A stretch of DNA of 64,000 nucleotides, taken from positions 95,294,001 through 95,358,000 of the forward strand of contig NC_042998.1 in NCBI RefSeq assembly GCF_006345805.1, read 5' to 3'. The notes beneath the pieces were generated by a model that was not told where the DNA came from, searched no databases, and worked only from the letters and a program-made list of their open reading frames with translations. Positions 49,886 through 60,719 of this stretch are shown piece by piece. Position numbers and translations under genes: made by a program. Numbering within the stretch: the first letter of the stretch is position 1; every line of letters begins with the position of its first letter. The stretch is from Octopus sinensis. Lineage: Eukaryota.

Positions 49886-52718
49886 TCATTATTCAGTTTA
49901 TTTCAAGATTTCTTGTCAATAGAGAAAGAACCGGTTTCTAACCTAGATCCAAGGTTACTTCATTGGAATTTGAATATCAACAACAGGGTATTTTGTATGT
50001 ATGTATGTTTTATGTATGTATTCTCATGCACATAGTTGCATATCTAGACATGCTCATATATATAAATGATAAAGTTCTGGAGAGTTTTACAGATTTTTAC
50101 AGTTCAAGTGATGGATTGGATCTGTAGTTTTCGAATTAGCTTTCTCCTTTCTGGTTTTGAGAAGCCTAATTTCTCAAAATTGGTATTTAGGCAGTGTGTT
50201 ACATATCCCAGGACCCCAATAATTACAGGTATAAACCTGAACTTGTAATCTGGATAGAGTAACTGCAGATTTCTCAATAGTTCAAGATAGGTGTTCTATT
50301 TTTCACTAATCTTCAGCTTTATGTCAACATCCGCTGGGCAGCTAATTTCCATAACTGTACACAGTTTCTCTTTTCTATCCCAAATCATTATATCCAATCT
50401 GTTGTGCTTACATTTTATTAAGGTCTTCATTGGTACTTTTCACCAATATTCCTTTTTATTATGAGTGGCTATGGCTTTTACCATATTTCCTTGTCCCCCG
50501 GATTATCCTTCCGACGGATTTCATTATAGAGCGTCCTAGGTGAAACGTCATGTCTCATCGGTAGATAATACCGTGATGACATTTTCGGACAGCTGCTTAT
50601 GATGTGGGTGATATCTTCAGTGTGAACTCCACAAAGTCGTCATCTTTATCCCTTTTGTGCATCAGTTACTTGGTTGATGTTTCCTGTTCATGGATCACAA
50701 ACGCATACCCTTCAAAGTAGGAGGTAGTAATCCGGCTACTGGTCCATGATAAACTGCTTTGATAATCGATGTTACTATCATCACGGAGTTTTCTAGCAAC
50801 ATGTCTATGCATAGTCTTCTGCTCATACAGGCTCATCCTTTCATCTGAGTGTACGTTGCAGTAGAGTCCTGCGACTTCTTTGAGCATGTATTCTAGGTTA
50901 TCAGAAAAAGAGTGTTGCTCGCTGCCTTCCAAGTCTTATGATGTTATCAGCCTCATGTATGCAAACTTGATCAAGGGATGGACTTCGATACTTGGTAGTT
51001 AAAAGATGTTGCCGAAGGAATATGATGCGACAGTCAAATGCATTTTAGATCGATGTTAAGTCTCTGCCACCTGGTTTTCGTTTTAGATAGGGGCGATCTA
51101 CATCCCTGTTTATGTAGAAATTATGTGTTTGTTAGAATTTTTCGTGTTTTCGCATCAATGTCTTGGATCTCATCAAGCGTCCAATCAAGGAGCCCAAATG
51201 TTGGTATGAGTACTGGCAGTGCAAACACATTGTGGGCTGCTGTTTTATTTAATGCAGAGACTTCTGAGGTTCAAATTTTCTTTATTCGGCTGTAATATTC
51301 TTTAGTGACACGTGTTTTGTTACAGGTGTCACTGTAAGATATATTTTCATCCACCCTTAGATACATGTAACATTCCTCGTCGGATATAGGGGAAACAGTC
51401 AAGTCATTGATGGAGATGTTACTAGTCTGGTTTACAGTTTTCCCCCTTTTCACAACCATATAATAACATTTATCCTGACCAAACTCCAATCCTACATCCT
51501 TTGAGAATGTTGTAACTAGGTCAAGGTTCTTTTTCATCTCATGCATATTGTCTGCATAAAGTTTTAAGTTATCCACAAAGAAACAGTGCGTAATTTTGGT
51601 ATTTCTGTTTCCTTGTGAACCAGTGAGATATCCTTCAGACTTCCTTAACATGAATGACAAGGGGTTTACAGAAAGTATAAACAACACCACGGAAAGCCTG
51701 TCTCTTTGGAATATGTCTTTGCGATACTGTATTCTATCGGTGATAATACATTCACTCTTTGTGTTTAATTTCAAGATGGTAGCCCACGATGAAGTGAAGT
51801 CAGCTATGGCTTTGACTATTCTCACTGGAACTTTAACAAGTTGAAGGGCTTCTAGCAACCATGAGTGGGGAACAGAGTCAAAGGCTTTCTTGTAGTCTAG
51901 CCACATTGAAACTAGGTTCCTCCTATGTTCTCGCACATCTGACATCACAGTTTTGTTGATTAACATTTGCTCAGCACATCCCCAAACTCCCTTCTTTCCA
52001 GCTGCTTGTCCTACTGTGATAATGTTACTGGTTTCACAATGGTCCTGGAGGAAGATGTTTAAACATGCTGTATATATTTTATACATTAAGTTCTGGCATG
52101 CAATTGGCCGGTAGTTCTTTGCCCTGTGGGTGGTTCTGCATTTGGGGATCAATTTTGTCTCTGCCAAAGCTAACCAGTGTGGTATGCTACTGTTCCCACT
52201 GAAAGCTTGCAGGTACAGATTGATAAGATATGGTCGATAGAATGCTAACTTCTTGTACCAATATCCAACTATCAAGTCTCTTCCAGGTCCTTTTCCATTC
52301 TGGAGTTTCTAAATCACAGTTGTAAGAGTTTCACCATCAATGTTGTATGTCATGGATGTAATGCAGGAGCAATAACTTTTTCGGATTTCTTCCAACCACA
52401 GAGCATCTTGTTTAAATTCCTTCTCTTCACTCTAGATTTTCTTCCAGAAGAAGTCTATGTCTTCTCGTGAAGGAGCTTCCGTAATGTTAACTGCTCCTCC
52501 TCTCATGTTTCTGTATACTGCTGCCTGGTTGCGGTTAAATTTTTAGTTTATTATTCTTCCCTTGGTTATTCTCTTCTGATGTCGGAGTTTTTCACTGACA
52601 GCTTTTAGCTCCTGCTTGAGGGTTATCAGTTTGCAAGTAAGTGTCCTCTTTTTGCTGTCTCCAAATATCTTTTCTATTTCCTTCTTTACTTTCTGTTGGT
52701 GGGACATATAGTGATTTG
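49886..52718 (-). mobile_element. 5'-truncated R4/Dong-clade LINE (RT, zinc knuckle, restriction-like endonuclease)
   Basis: KGPGRDLIVGYWYKKL, KNYRPIACQNLMYKIYT, MWLDYKKAFDSVPH, FFVDNLKLY, RLCGVHTEDITHIISSC, HNRLDIMIWD...EISCP. The ORF ends near 50066, followed by a 3' UTR. Confidence 0.9.
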
Positions 52719-52865
52719 CATGTATGTATGCATGTATGTATGTATGAATGTATGTATGTATGTATGTATGTATGTATGTATGTATGTATGTATGCATGCA
52801 TGCATGTATGTATGTATGTATGTATGTATGTATGTATGTATGTATGTATGTATGTATGTATGTAT
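52719..52865. repeat. (TGTA)n/(TACA)n microsatellite, about 36 units
   Basis: Read directly; abuts the 5' truncation point of the R4 element. Confidence 0.95.
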
Positions 52866-53311
52866 ATGAGTGTGTGCATGTATAAACACATGCAAACATG
52901 CAGGATGTAGCCGTTTGTTATAATCATAGCTAATATTATCAAACCATTGCACTTAGCAAAATTTCCACGTAAATCATGTTCAATTCTCACCTCGTACACT
53001 CTTTTCCTCGGCCACAACAACCATCGAAGCTACAACCCACCTATAGCTAACACCAACACTACAATTATCACAGCTATTACTGCCACTGCTGCTACAACTA
53101 CCCTTCTTACTACCCACAATTACTACCCCAAGCCATTAAGTAGCAAGATCAAAGCAGCAGGTTTAATAAAAGATAAAGATATCTTTTATTAAACTTTTAA
53201 TACTTTTGATATTTATAAAAAAAAAAAAATTAATTAATTAATTTATAAAAAAAAAAAAATAATTAATTAATTAAATAATTAATAAATAAAATAATATATA
53301 AATAAAAAAAT

Positions 53312-53344
<33 letters not shown>

Positions 53345-53493
53345 TATTTGTATATATATATTTAAAATGTATAAGTTTAAATTATTTAAATATTTTTTTG
53401 ATTTTTAACTTTTATATTTTTAAATTAATTTTATGTATTGGCTTATGTTTTTCACTGTTTGATTTGCCTAATAGTGGTTTTATCTCTAATTTA

Positions 53494-53542
<49 letters not shown>

Positions 53543-53546
<4 letters not shown>

Positions 53547-53730
53547 TCTGCATAGCTGGCCAGATTCGCTATCCGGGCATTTGAGGGCATATCTGAGAGG
53601 GCCACTATAAAAAGCAGTGGTCCCAAGACAGTGCCCTGTGGAACACCACTCACTATTTGTGTGTTCATAGAGGTGGCTCCATTAACCACTACTGCCTGAC
53701 TCCTATCTTTCATGAAGTCATGTAACCACA
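53543..53730 (-). mobile_element. Inverted CR1-like RT fragment
   Basis: WLHDFMKDRSQAVVVNG...SGVPQGTVLGPLLF...YADD, ending in a (TA)n run. Confidence 0.88.
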
Positions 53731-54825
53731 ACTATATGAACACACCAATAGTGAGCGGTGTTCCACAGGGCACTGTCTTGGGACCACTGCTTTTTATAGT
53801 GACCCTCTCAGATATGCCCTCAAGTGCCCAGATAGCCAATCTGGCCGGCTATGCAGACGATACGAAAGTCTCGCAGAAAATACAGAACCCCAGCGATGTT
53901 GCACACCTGCAGCAGGAGTTGGACTCAATCTACAGATGGGCTGAGGATAATAATATGCAGTTTAATGCTGAAAAATTCCAGGCCCTGCGCTACCAGCATC
54001 CAAAACTGAATATTAAACTTACAGGATACACCGGTCCACAGGGAATTTCAATCCCAGAGCCTAAGTCTGTGAGGGACCTGGGTATCGACATGAGTGATGA
54101 TACCTCTTTCCAAGTGCACATTACCAGGATGGCGACAAAGTGCAGACGACTGGCTGGGTGGATCCTAAGAACATTCAGAACCAGAGATAAGGAAACCATG
54201 ATGGTCCTCTGGCGGACATTCGTCCTCAGCCGCCTGGATTACTGCTCACAGCTATGGTCACCCACCAGTGTAAAATTAACAGCGGACTTTGAAGCAATCC
54301 AGAGAAGATTCACAAAGAAGATCGTCTCTTTGCAACAGCTCAGCTACTGGGAAAGGTTGAAACAGCTAAGACTCTACTCCCTGGAGAGAAGACGGGAGAG
54401 GTGTGCAGTAATATATGTCCCGAAGATCCTGGAAGGAATTGTGCCAAATTTTGGCATTGTAAGCCACACCAATGCTAGAACGGGACGACACTGCATAGTG
54501 CCAAAGATCCCAGCAATGCCATCACGCTTCAGGACCAGCTTCTACAACAGCCTGGCTTTCAAGGGCCCACGGCATTTTAATATTCTCCCAAAGAGTCTGG
54601 GGAACTTGCACAAAGTAGATGTAGCGGTTTTTAAATCAAAGCTGGACATCTTCCTGTCGAGAGTCCCAGATGAACCTACCTCACGGCAAGAGGTGCAAAT
54701 GAGAGTAGCTATATCAAACTCCATTCTTCACCAAGTGCCACATATTAGACGAGGTTCATCGCAATAATAGTGTAGCACAAAACGGCGGTGCATCAGCATG
54801 GCCGCAGCTCTGAGCTGAAACTAGA
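53731..54825 (+). mobile_element. 5'-truncated CR1-like LINE, ORF open to the stop at 54767
   Basis: SGVPQGTVLGPLLF, YADDTK, RDLGI, WILRTFRTR, SRLDYCSQLWSP, RLYSLERRRER. Tail GGCGGTGCATCAGCATGGCCGCAG. Confidence 0.92.
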
Positions 54826-55422
54826 GAATATATATATAATCTGTAAATAAGAGATCGGATAGGTAGTCGAGTATTACAGTAGTTTCAAATGCACATCGGG
54901 TGCATCTTACATAACATTACGAATGTCTTGTAGCCGTCCGGTGAACCTCCTCATCAAGTATATACGACTGTTTGGTTGGAAACAGTTCCCCGTAACGGAG
55001 AATGCAAAGGATAGCCGGGGTCACCAGAAAGAATAAAAGAGTATGCGTGGAGGCAGGAATTTCTAAGAACTAATGGCGTGCCCTAATCACCAATTACCTT
55101 AGTGAGTTAGATTGAGGTGTGGCCTCATTTCCTTAACAGCATACTCAAATTATTGTAGTGACTGCAGTAGATTATAATCTTATTAACGTATATGTGGGTC
55201 AATGATGGATAACCGGGGCACTGAAAGCTGGAATGTAAGTTGCTTAGGGTAAATAAATATAAGTAATAAAAGCTAATATGGTGGTGGTGGTGGTGGGGGG
55301 AAGACACGGGAAGAAGAAAGAAAGAGAAAGAGAAAACGAAAAAGGATAAAGAATAAGAACAAAGTAAGGTGACCGTAGTCGGTTATTTGTACATATAGAC
55401 ACATAAATGCACTTGTGAGATA

Positions 55423-55479
<57 letters not shown>

Positions 55480-55621
55480 ACACCTGTATATACATCCATA
55501 TAAACATATGACTTACCAGCATATCCAATAATACCTACTCTTATACAAATGACACCGTTCTTCATTCCTCCCTATCAAATCTTTACCGTGCATTATCTAT
55601 TTCCGATCTAGATACCACATA

Positions 55622-56040
55622 CCTATTTCTTTATTACCCACAAGGGGCTAAACATAGAGGAGACAAACAAGGACAGACATAAGTATTAAGTCGATTACAT
55701 CGACCCCAGTGCGTAACTGGTACTTAATTTATCGACCCCGAAAGGATGAAAGGCAAAGTCAACCTCGGCGGAATTTGAACTCACAACGTTGCGACAGACG
55801 AAATACCTATTTCTTTATTACCCACAAGGGGCTAAACACAGAGGGGACAAACAAGGACAGACATAGGTATTAAGTCGATTACATCGACCCCAGTGCGTAA
55901 CTGGTACTTAATTTATCGACCCCGAAAGGATGAAAGGCAAGGTCGACCTCGGCGGAATTTGAACTCACAACGTAACGCAGACGAAATACCGCTAAGCATT
56001 TCGCCCGGCGTGCTAGCGTTTCTGCCAGCTCGCCGCCTTC
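55622..56040 (-). mobile_element. Tandem or self-inserted family II SINE (about 184-bp unit repeated)
   Basis: CCTATTTCTTTATTACCCACAAGGGGCTAAAC starts at 55622 and 55806; only the right-hand copy keeps the head. Confidence 0.88.
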
Positions 56041-56499
56041 TAGACACCACATACCAAATGAACATTCACTCCAGGGACAGAGACCTCGAAGATATCCTCC
56101 AGCATGATTATGCTAATCTTGTATCTTTCAGTAGCAAGGGAACACAAACATAAGTCATATCATCGTCCCTCACCACCATAATCATAAACGACATTCGCCT
56201 ACGAGACCACAAAATTGTTCCAGTCATTGGTCTTGCTATTATTGAGGAGCTATCCTTGCAAAAGCATCTTAATATTGGTTTTAAATTTTGGCACAAGCCT
56301 AGCAATTTCGGAGGGGGGAGTAAGTCGATTACGTCGACCTCAGTATTCAACTGGTACTTATTTTATCAACTCCTAAAGGATGAAAAGCAAAATCGACCTC
56401 AGCGAGAGTAATTTTGAGGTTGTTTGGAACCTGATTTGGGTTTGTGTTACTAAGGAGATCTGTTTGGTTTTATACTTTTGCTTTGGATGTGATAATTTT

Positions 56500-56885
56500 A
56501 AAGGCGCAGGTGAGACTGTGTAGTAAGAAGTTTGCTTCCCAACCACATGGTTCCGGGTTCAAATCCACTGCACAGCATTTTGGACCAGGGGCTTATTTTA
56601 TAGTCTCGGACTTATCAAAGCCCTGTGAGTGGATTTGATAGACGGAAACTGAAAGAGGCCCGTCATATGTATATGCGTGCGTGTGTGTGTGCGAGTGTGT
56701 GTGTGACCTTGTTCATGCACTGAGCGTCACCACCGCTTGACAATCAGTGTTGGTTTGTTTACATGTCCTAACTTAGTGGTTCAGCAATAGAGACCGGCAG
56801 AATAAGTACCAAACTGTATAAAGACTAGACCCTTCAAGGAAGTGCCCCAGCACGGCCGCATTCCAATGAGTGAAACAAGTAAAAG
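56500..56885 (+). mobile_element. Family I SINE
   Basis: Head with GGGTTCAAATCC, GTGAGTGGATTTG..AGACGGAAACTGAAAG core, and tail GTGCCCCAGCACGGCCGCA...TGAAACAAG. Confidence 0.8.
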
Positions 56886-58317
56886 ATAAAAAATATTGTT
56901 TACTTTCTTTTTCCCATCCTCTCTCTCATTCTTTCTCTCGGTGTAAGTTTCTCTCTCTCTCTCTCTCTATTTGTCTCTCTCCCCCACTCACCTCTCTCTC
57001 TCTCTCTCTTGTCTCTGTCTGTCATTCTATGTCTCTCTCTCTCTCTCTCTCTCTCTTCTACATGCATTTATATGTTATAATTCCATTTTGACGCAGATGC
57101 AATAAAACTGTTGCGAAGTTATTTTTCTAGGCAACATATGACATCATTCCTTGAGGCATCTATAACCTGGTTGATAGAGCTTTCGACATTTTGGAGCAAG
57201 TGATTTGATATGCAGCAGTTACAACATAGAAAAGCCATTCCAAACACGTGAAAATACTCAAAACTGTTCTAATGCAGTTCTACTGTAACTTTCAGATTAA
57301 GTTACTTCCTAGACAAATACAATTCTGAAATTTCGAGAACGTCATTTAGATTTCAAAATCACATTTAAAATTTTTTTATTTATTTATCTATATATTTCTA
57401 TACTTTTCATTCTTTAGCTGCTTTGTTCCGGGTACGAACTTATATTTCTCCATTATTTAAGAACGTGGAAAACAGCGAGGCAGAATCGTTAGCACGCCGG
57501 GTAACATGCTTATCGGCGTTTCATCCGTCTTTACGTTCTGAGTTCAAATTCCGCTGAGGTCGACTTTCCTTTTCATCCCTTCGGGGTCGATAAATTAAAT
57601 ACCATTTGAGTACTGGGATCGATGCAATCGACTTACTCTCTCCCCCGAACTTGCTGGACTGGTCCCAAAAATTGAAACCATTATTTAAGAGCGTGGGAAA
57701 ATACATATTTGATCATCAAGTCCCTTATTTTCTGAATTCAATTCTACAGAGGACAACTTTGCTTTTCATTCTTTTAGAATTGATGAATTAGAGTACGAGT
57801 GAAGTACTGGAGTCAATAGTATTGATGAACGCCTTACCCCCAAAATTGTTCGCTTGGTACCTAAATCAGAAGCCATTATTTAATTCTTTTGTGCGGGGTA
57901 GGTGCATAAACCGGCACCTTTTGTCCAAACATTCCTTCTTAGTATCTACAAATAATAGAGTGATGTTGTTGCTTATAACTCTTTGTTCAAGCGTGGCCCA
58001 TTTGCGTAAATTCTATTTTGTTAGTAAAGCTACCGTGTGTAGACAATCTGCAGAGAAGGATAGAGGTCAGTTGTTTCAGTTTATAGCCATTCGTTGTTTT
58101 TTAAAATCCATTATATTTTTATAATTAAATGTTATTAGGAATTGTATTAAAAATGTTAAAATATTTTGTCTGTTGTAGAAATATAACCAATTTATTGCAC
58201 ATAATCTTATTTTACAAAGGGGCGAGAAGCCTATGCCAACCCTAATCAATAATCCACGACTGTTGTGCAAGTGTTTGTAGATCAGTTCTGCTGGTTTGGG
58301 ATCCTCAGGAGCTGCTG

Positions 58318-58635
58318 AGGCGCGTGGTTTAGTGGTTAGAATATTCAGCTCAGGATCGTAAGGTCGTGAGTTCGATACTTGGCAGTACGTTGTGCAAAAC
58401 AGTTTATTTTACGTTGCTCCCGTCCATACAGCAGGTAAAAATGAGTTGTATCTGTAATTAAAAGGACCAGCCTTGTCACATTCTGCGTCACGCTGAATCT
58501 TCCTGAGAGCTACGTTAAGGTTACGCGTGTTTGTGGAGTGCACGGACCAGTCACTTGTACGTTAGTTTCACGAGCATGCTGTTCCGTTGATCGAATCAAA
58601 TGGAACAGTTATCGTCACAACTGACGAGTGCCAAT
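58318..58635 (+). mobile_element. tRNA-derived SINE (another family)
   Basis: GGCGCGTGGTTTAGTGGTTAG (A-box) and GTGAGTTCGATAC (B-box), followed by a non-tRNA body. Confidence 0.65.
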
Positions 58636-60689
58636 ATTAAGAAGTATCAGAAACGGTATTTGGTCATTGATTAAGCCGCGATCCTTGGACTATAAAAACG
58701 ACACAAGATCTCACTGCAGTTATTAATTGTAACAGTTTCTAACTTTGGCAAAAGAACACCATATGTAGAAGAGTGTATAGTCAATTAACTCTTTTCCAGT
58801 ATTTTACTGATATTTTACTCTAACGGATGAAAAGTAAAGCAGATATCGGTAAGATTTGAACGTAAAAAGACGTAACAAAATATTACAAAGTACTGTGTCT
58901 ACCACTTTGCTGATTGTGCTAATCAAACTTCATTGATTACCAACATGAACACTAGGTTAAAAGTTTATGGAGAAGATAATCTAATGGGATTAAATTGATT
59001 TAGTACTTAATTGGCCTTGCATTTTATTGACAGCGGAAGGATAAAAAGCAATGATTATTCAGAATGCGAAACATCGTAATTAGATATCCTTTCTACTAAA
59101 GGCACAAGGCCTGAAACTTTAGGGGAGGGGACTAGTCGATTAGACACCAGTGTTTCACTGCTACTTAATTTATCGACCCCGAAAGGATGAAAGGCGAAAT
59201 CGACCTCAGCGATGGACGAAATGCCGCTAAACATTTCACCCAGCATGCTAACGATTCTGCCAGCTCGCTGCCTAATCGTAATTAAATATCGTCATCTATT
59301 TATGTCAATAGTGTCAGGACAAAATCTTTCATGGGTGTCTTCTGCATGAAGAATATATAGTTAAGTGCAGGCCAAAACATTTAATGTAGTGAGCCAAAGA
59401 TAATTTTTAATCAAGTCATTAGGGCTGATGAACATTTCTTTTTTAAAATGAGGCGAGAGAACTCTGAAATTGAAAGTGAATTGAAATTGGATGAATATTT
59501 GCATTGGGAAGTGAGTTTCATCTTTGATAATTGTGGTGACAACTCTAGGCACGTTCAATTTAATTAGACCTCTATAGCAAAGTCAAGTCTTTCGCATAAC
59601 TCCAGACAAAACTACTTTTAGAACATAGCGTTTTTGTATGAGAATAGCCCCAAAACTAAAACGTTTTAAATATTGATTTCAAATTTTAGCACGAGGCCAG
59701 AAATTTCGGGGAAGTGGGTAAGTCGATTATATCGACCTTGTCCTCAACTGGTACTTATTTTTTATTGACCTCGAAAAGATGAAAGGCAAAGTCAACCTTA
59801 GCGGAATTTGAACTCAGAACGCAAATACGAACGAAAGACCTCTCAGCATTTTTCCCGGCGTGCTAACGATTCTGGCAAAATATTGATAGAAAAATTTCCT
59901 CATTGTGTGTTGTGGATTAATATAGTTAAGTGAGACAAAAGAGAGAATTATAAATAAATATAATGTAATCGGTACTTTATCACTTGCTTTCCCTCACAGC
60001 TCATGTCAACCCGGTGATAAAATCTAACAATATCTTTTATTCAAAAATAGTATCCACGTTCTGTATTAATTTATTATTCTTTGTTTGTTAAATCATTAGA
60101 GCATTTTCTTTTAATTGTTGTAAATACGAAACATTCTAAATAAGGTAAATGATAAACAAGAACACAATATTCTTTTCTACTCGAGGAACAAGGCTCGACA
60201 TTTTGGGGGAGGGGGCCAGTTGATTAGATCGACCCCAGTACGCAACTGGTACTTAATTTATCGACCCCGAAAGGATGAAAGGCGAAGTTGACCTCGGCGG
60301 AATTTGATCTTAGAACGTAAAGATAGACGAAATACTGCTAAGCATTTCTGCCAGCTCGCCACCTCACAAGAATACAATTTCTTCCGGTGCTGTGTGTTCT
60401 GAGTTCAAATGTTGCTGTCACACTCCCAAGGGAGAAAAAATAAGTAACAGCTTCAATATTGGAGTCGATGTAATCAACTTGCCCCCATCACCACCTTGTG
60501 TCAAAATTAGAAATCATTATCTCGTTAAAAATTCGACTGTATGGCACCAGAAACGAACCCGCGACTTTCTTACAAAAATCACATGTGTTGTTTTCTGATC
60601 ATTAGAAATGGTTGTATAAGGAAATCAATGAAGCAGAAGAATTTGCATATGAACAACGCTGTGCTTATTTATTTACCAACCAATGAATT

Positions 60690-60714
60690 GTAATCTTTTT
60701 TATCCTTGTGGCAG
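60690..60714 (+). promoter_or_regulatory. Probable 3' splice acceptor of a 5'-UTR intron of tetraspanin D
   Basis: TAATCTTTTTTATCCTTGTGGCAG|TAAGCATG: a pyrimidine tract plus CAG, 5 nt before the ATG. Confidence 0.5.
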
Positions 60715-60719
60715 TAAGC

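Noticed and set aside
51271-54767. Long ORFs of 334 aa and 351 aa as host genes
   Set aside because: They are truncated LINE reverse transcriptases (R4 and CR1-like).
58318-58395. Possible tRNA gene
   Set aside because: A and B boxes are present but the acceptor stem does not close and a SINE body follows. The same applies to the other tRNA-like heads.
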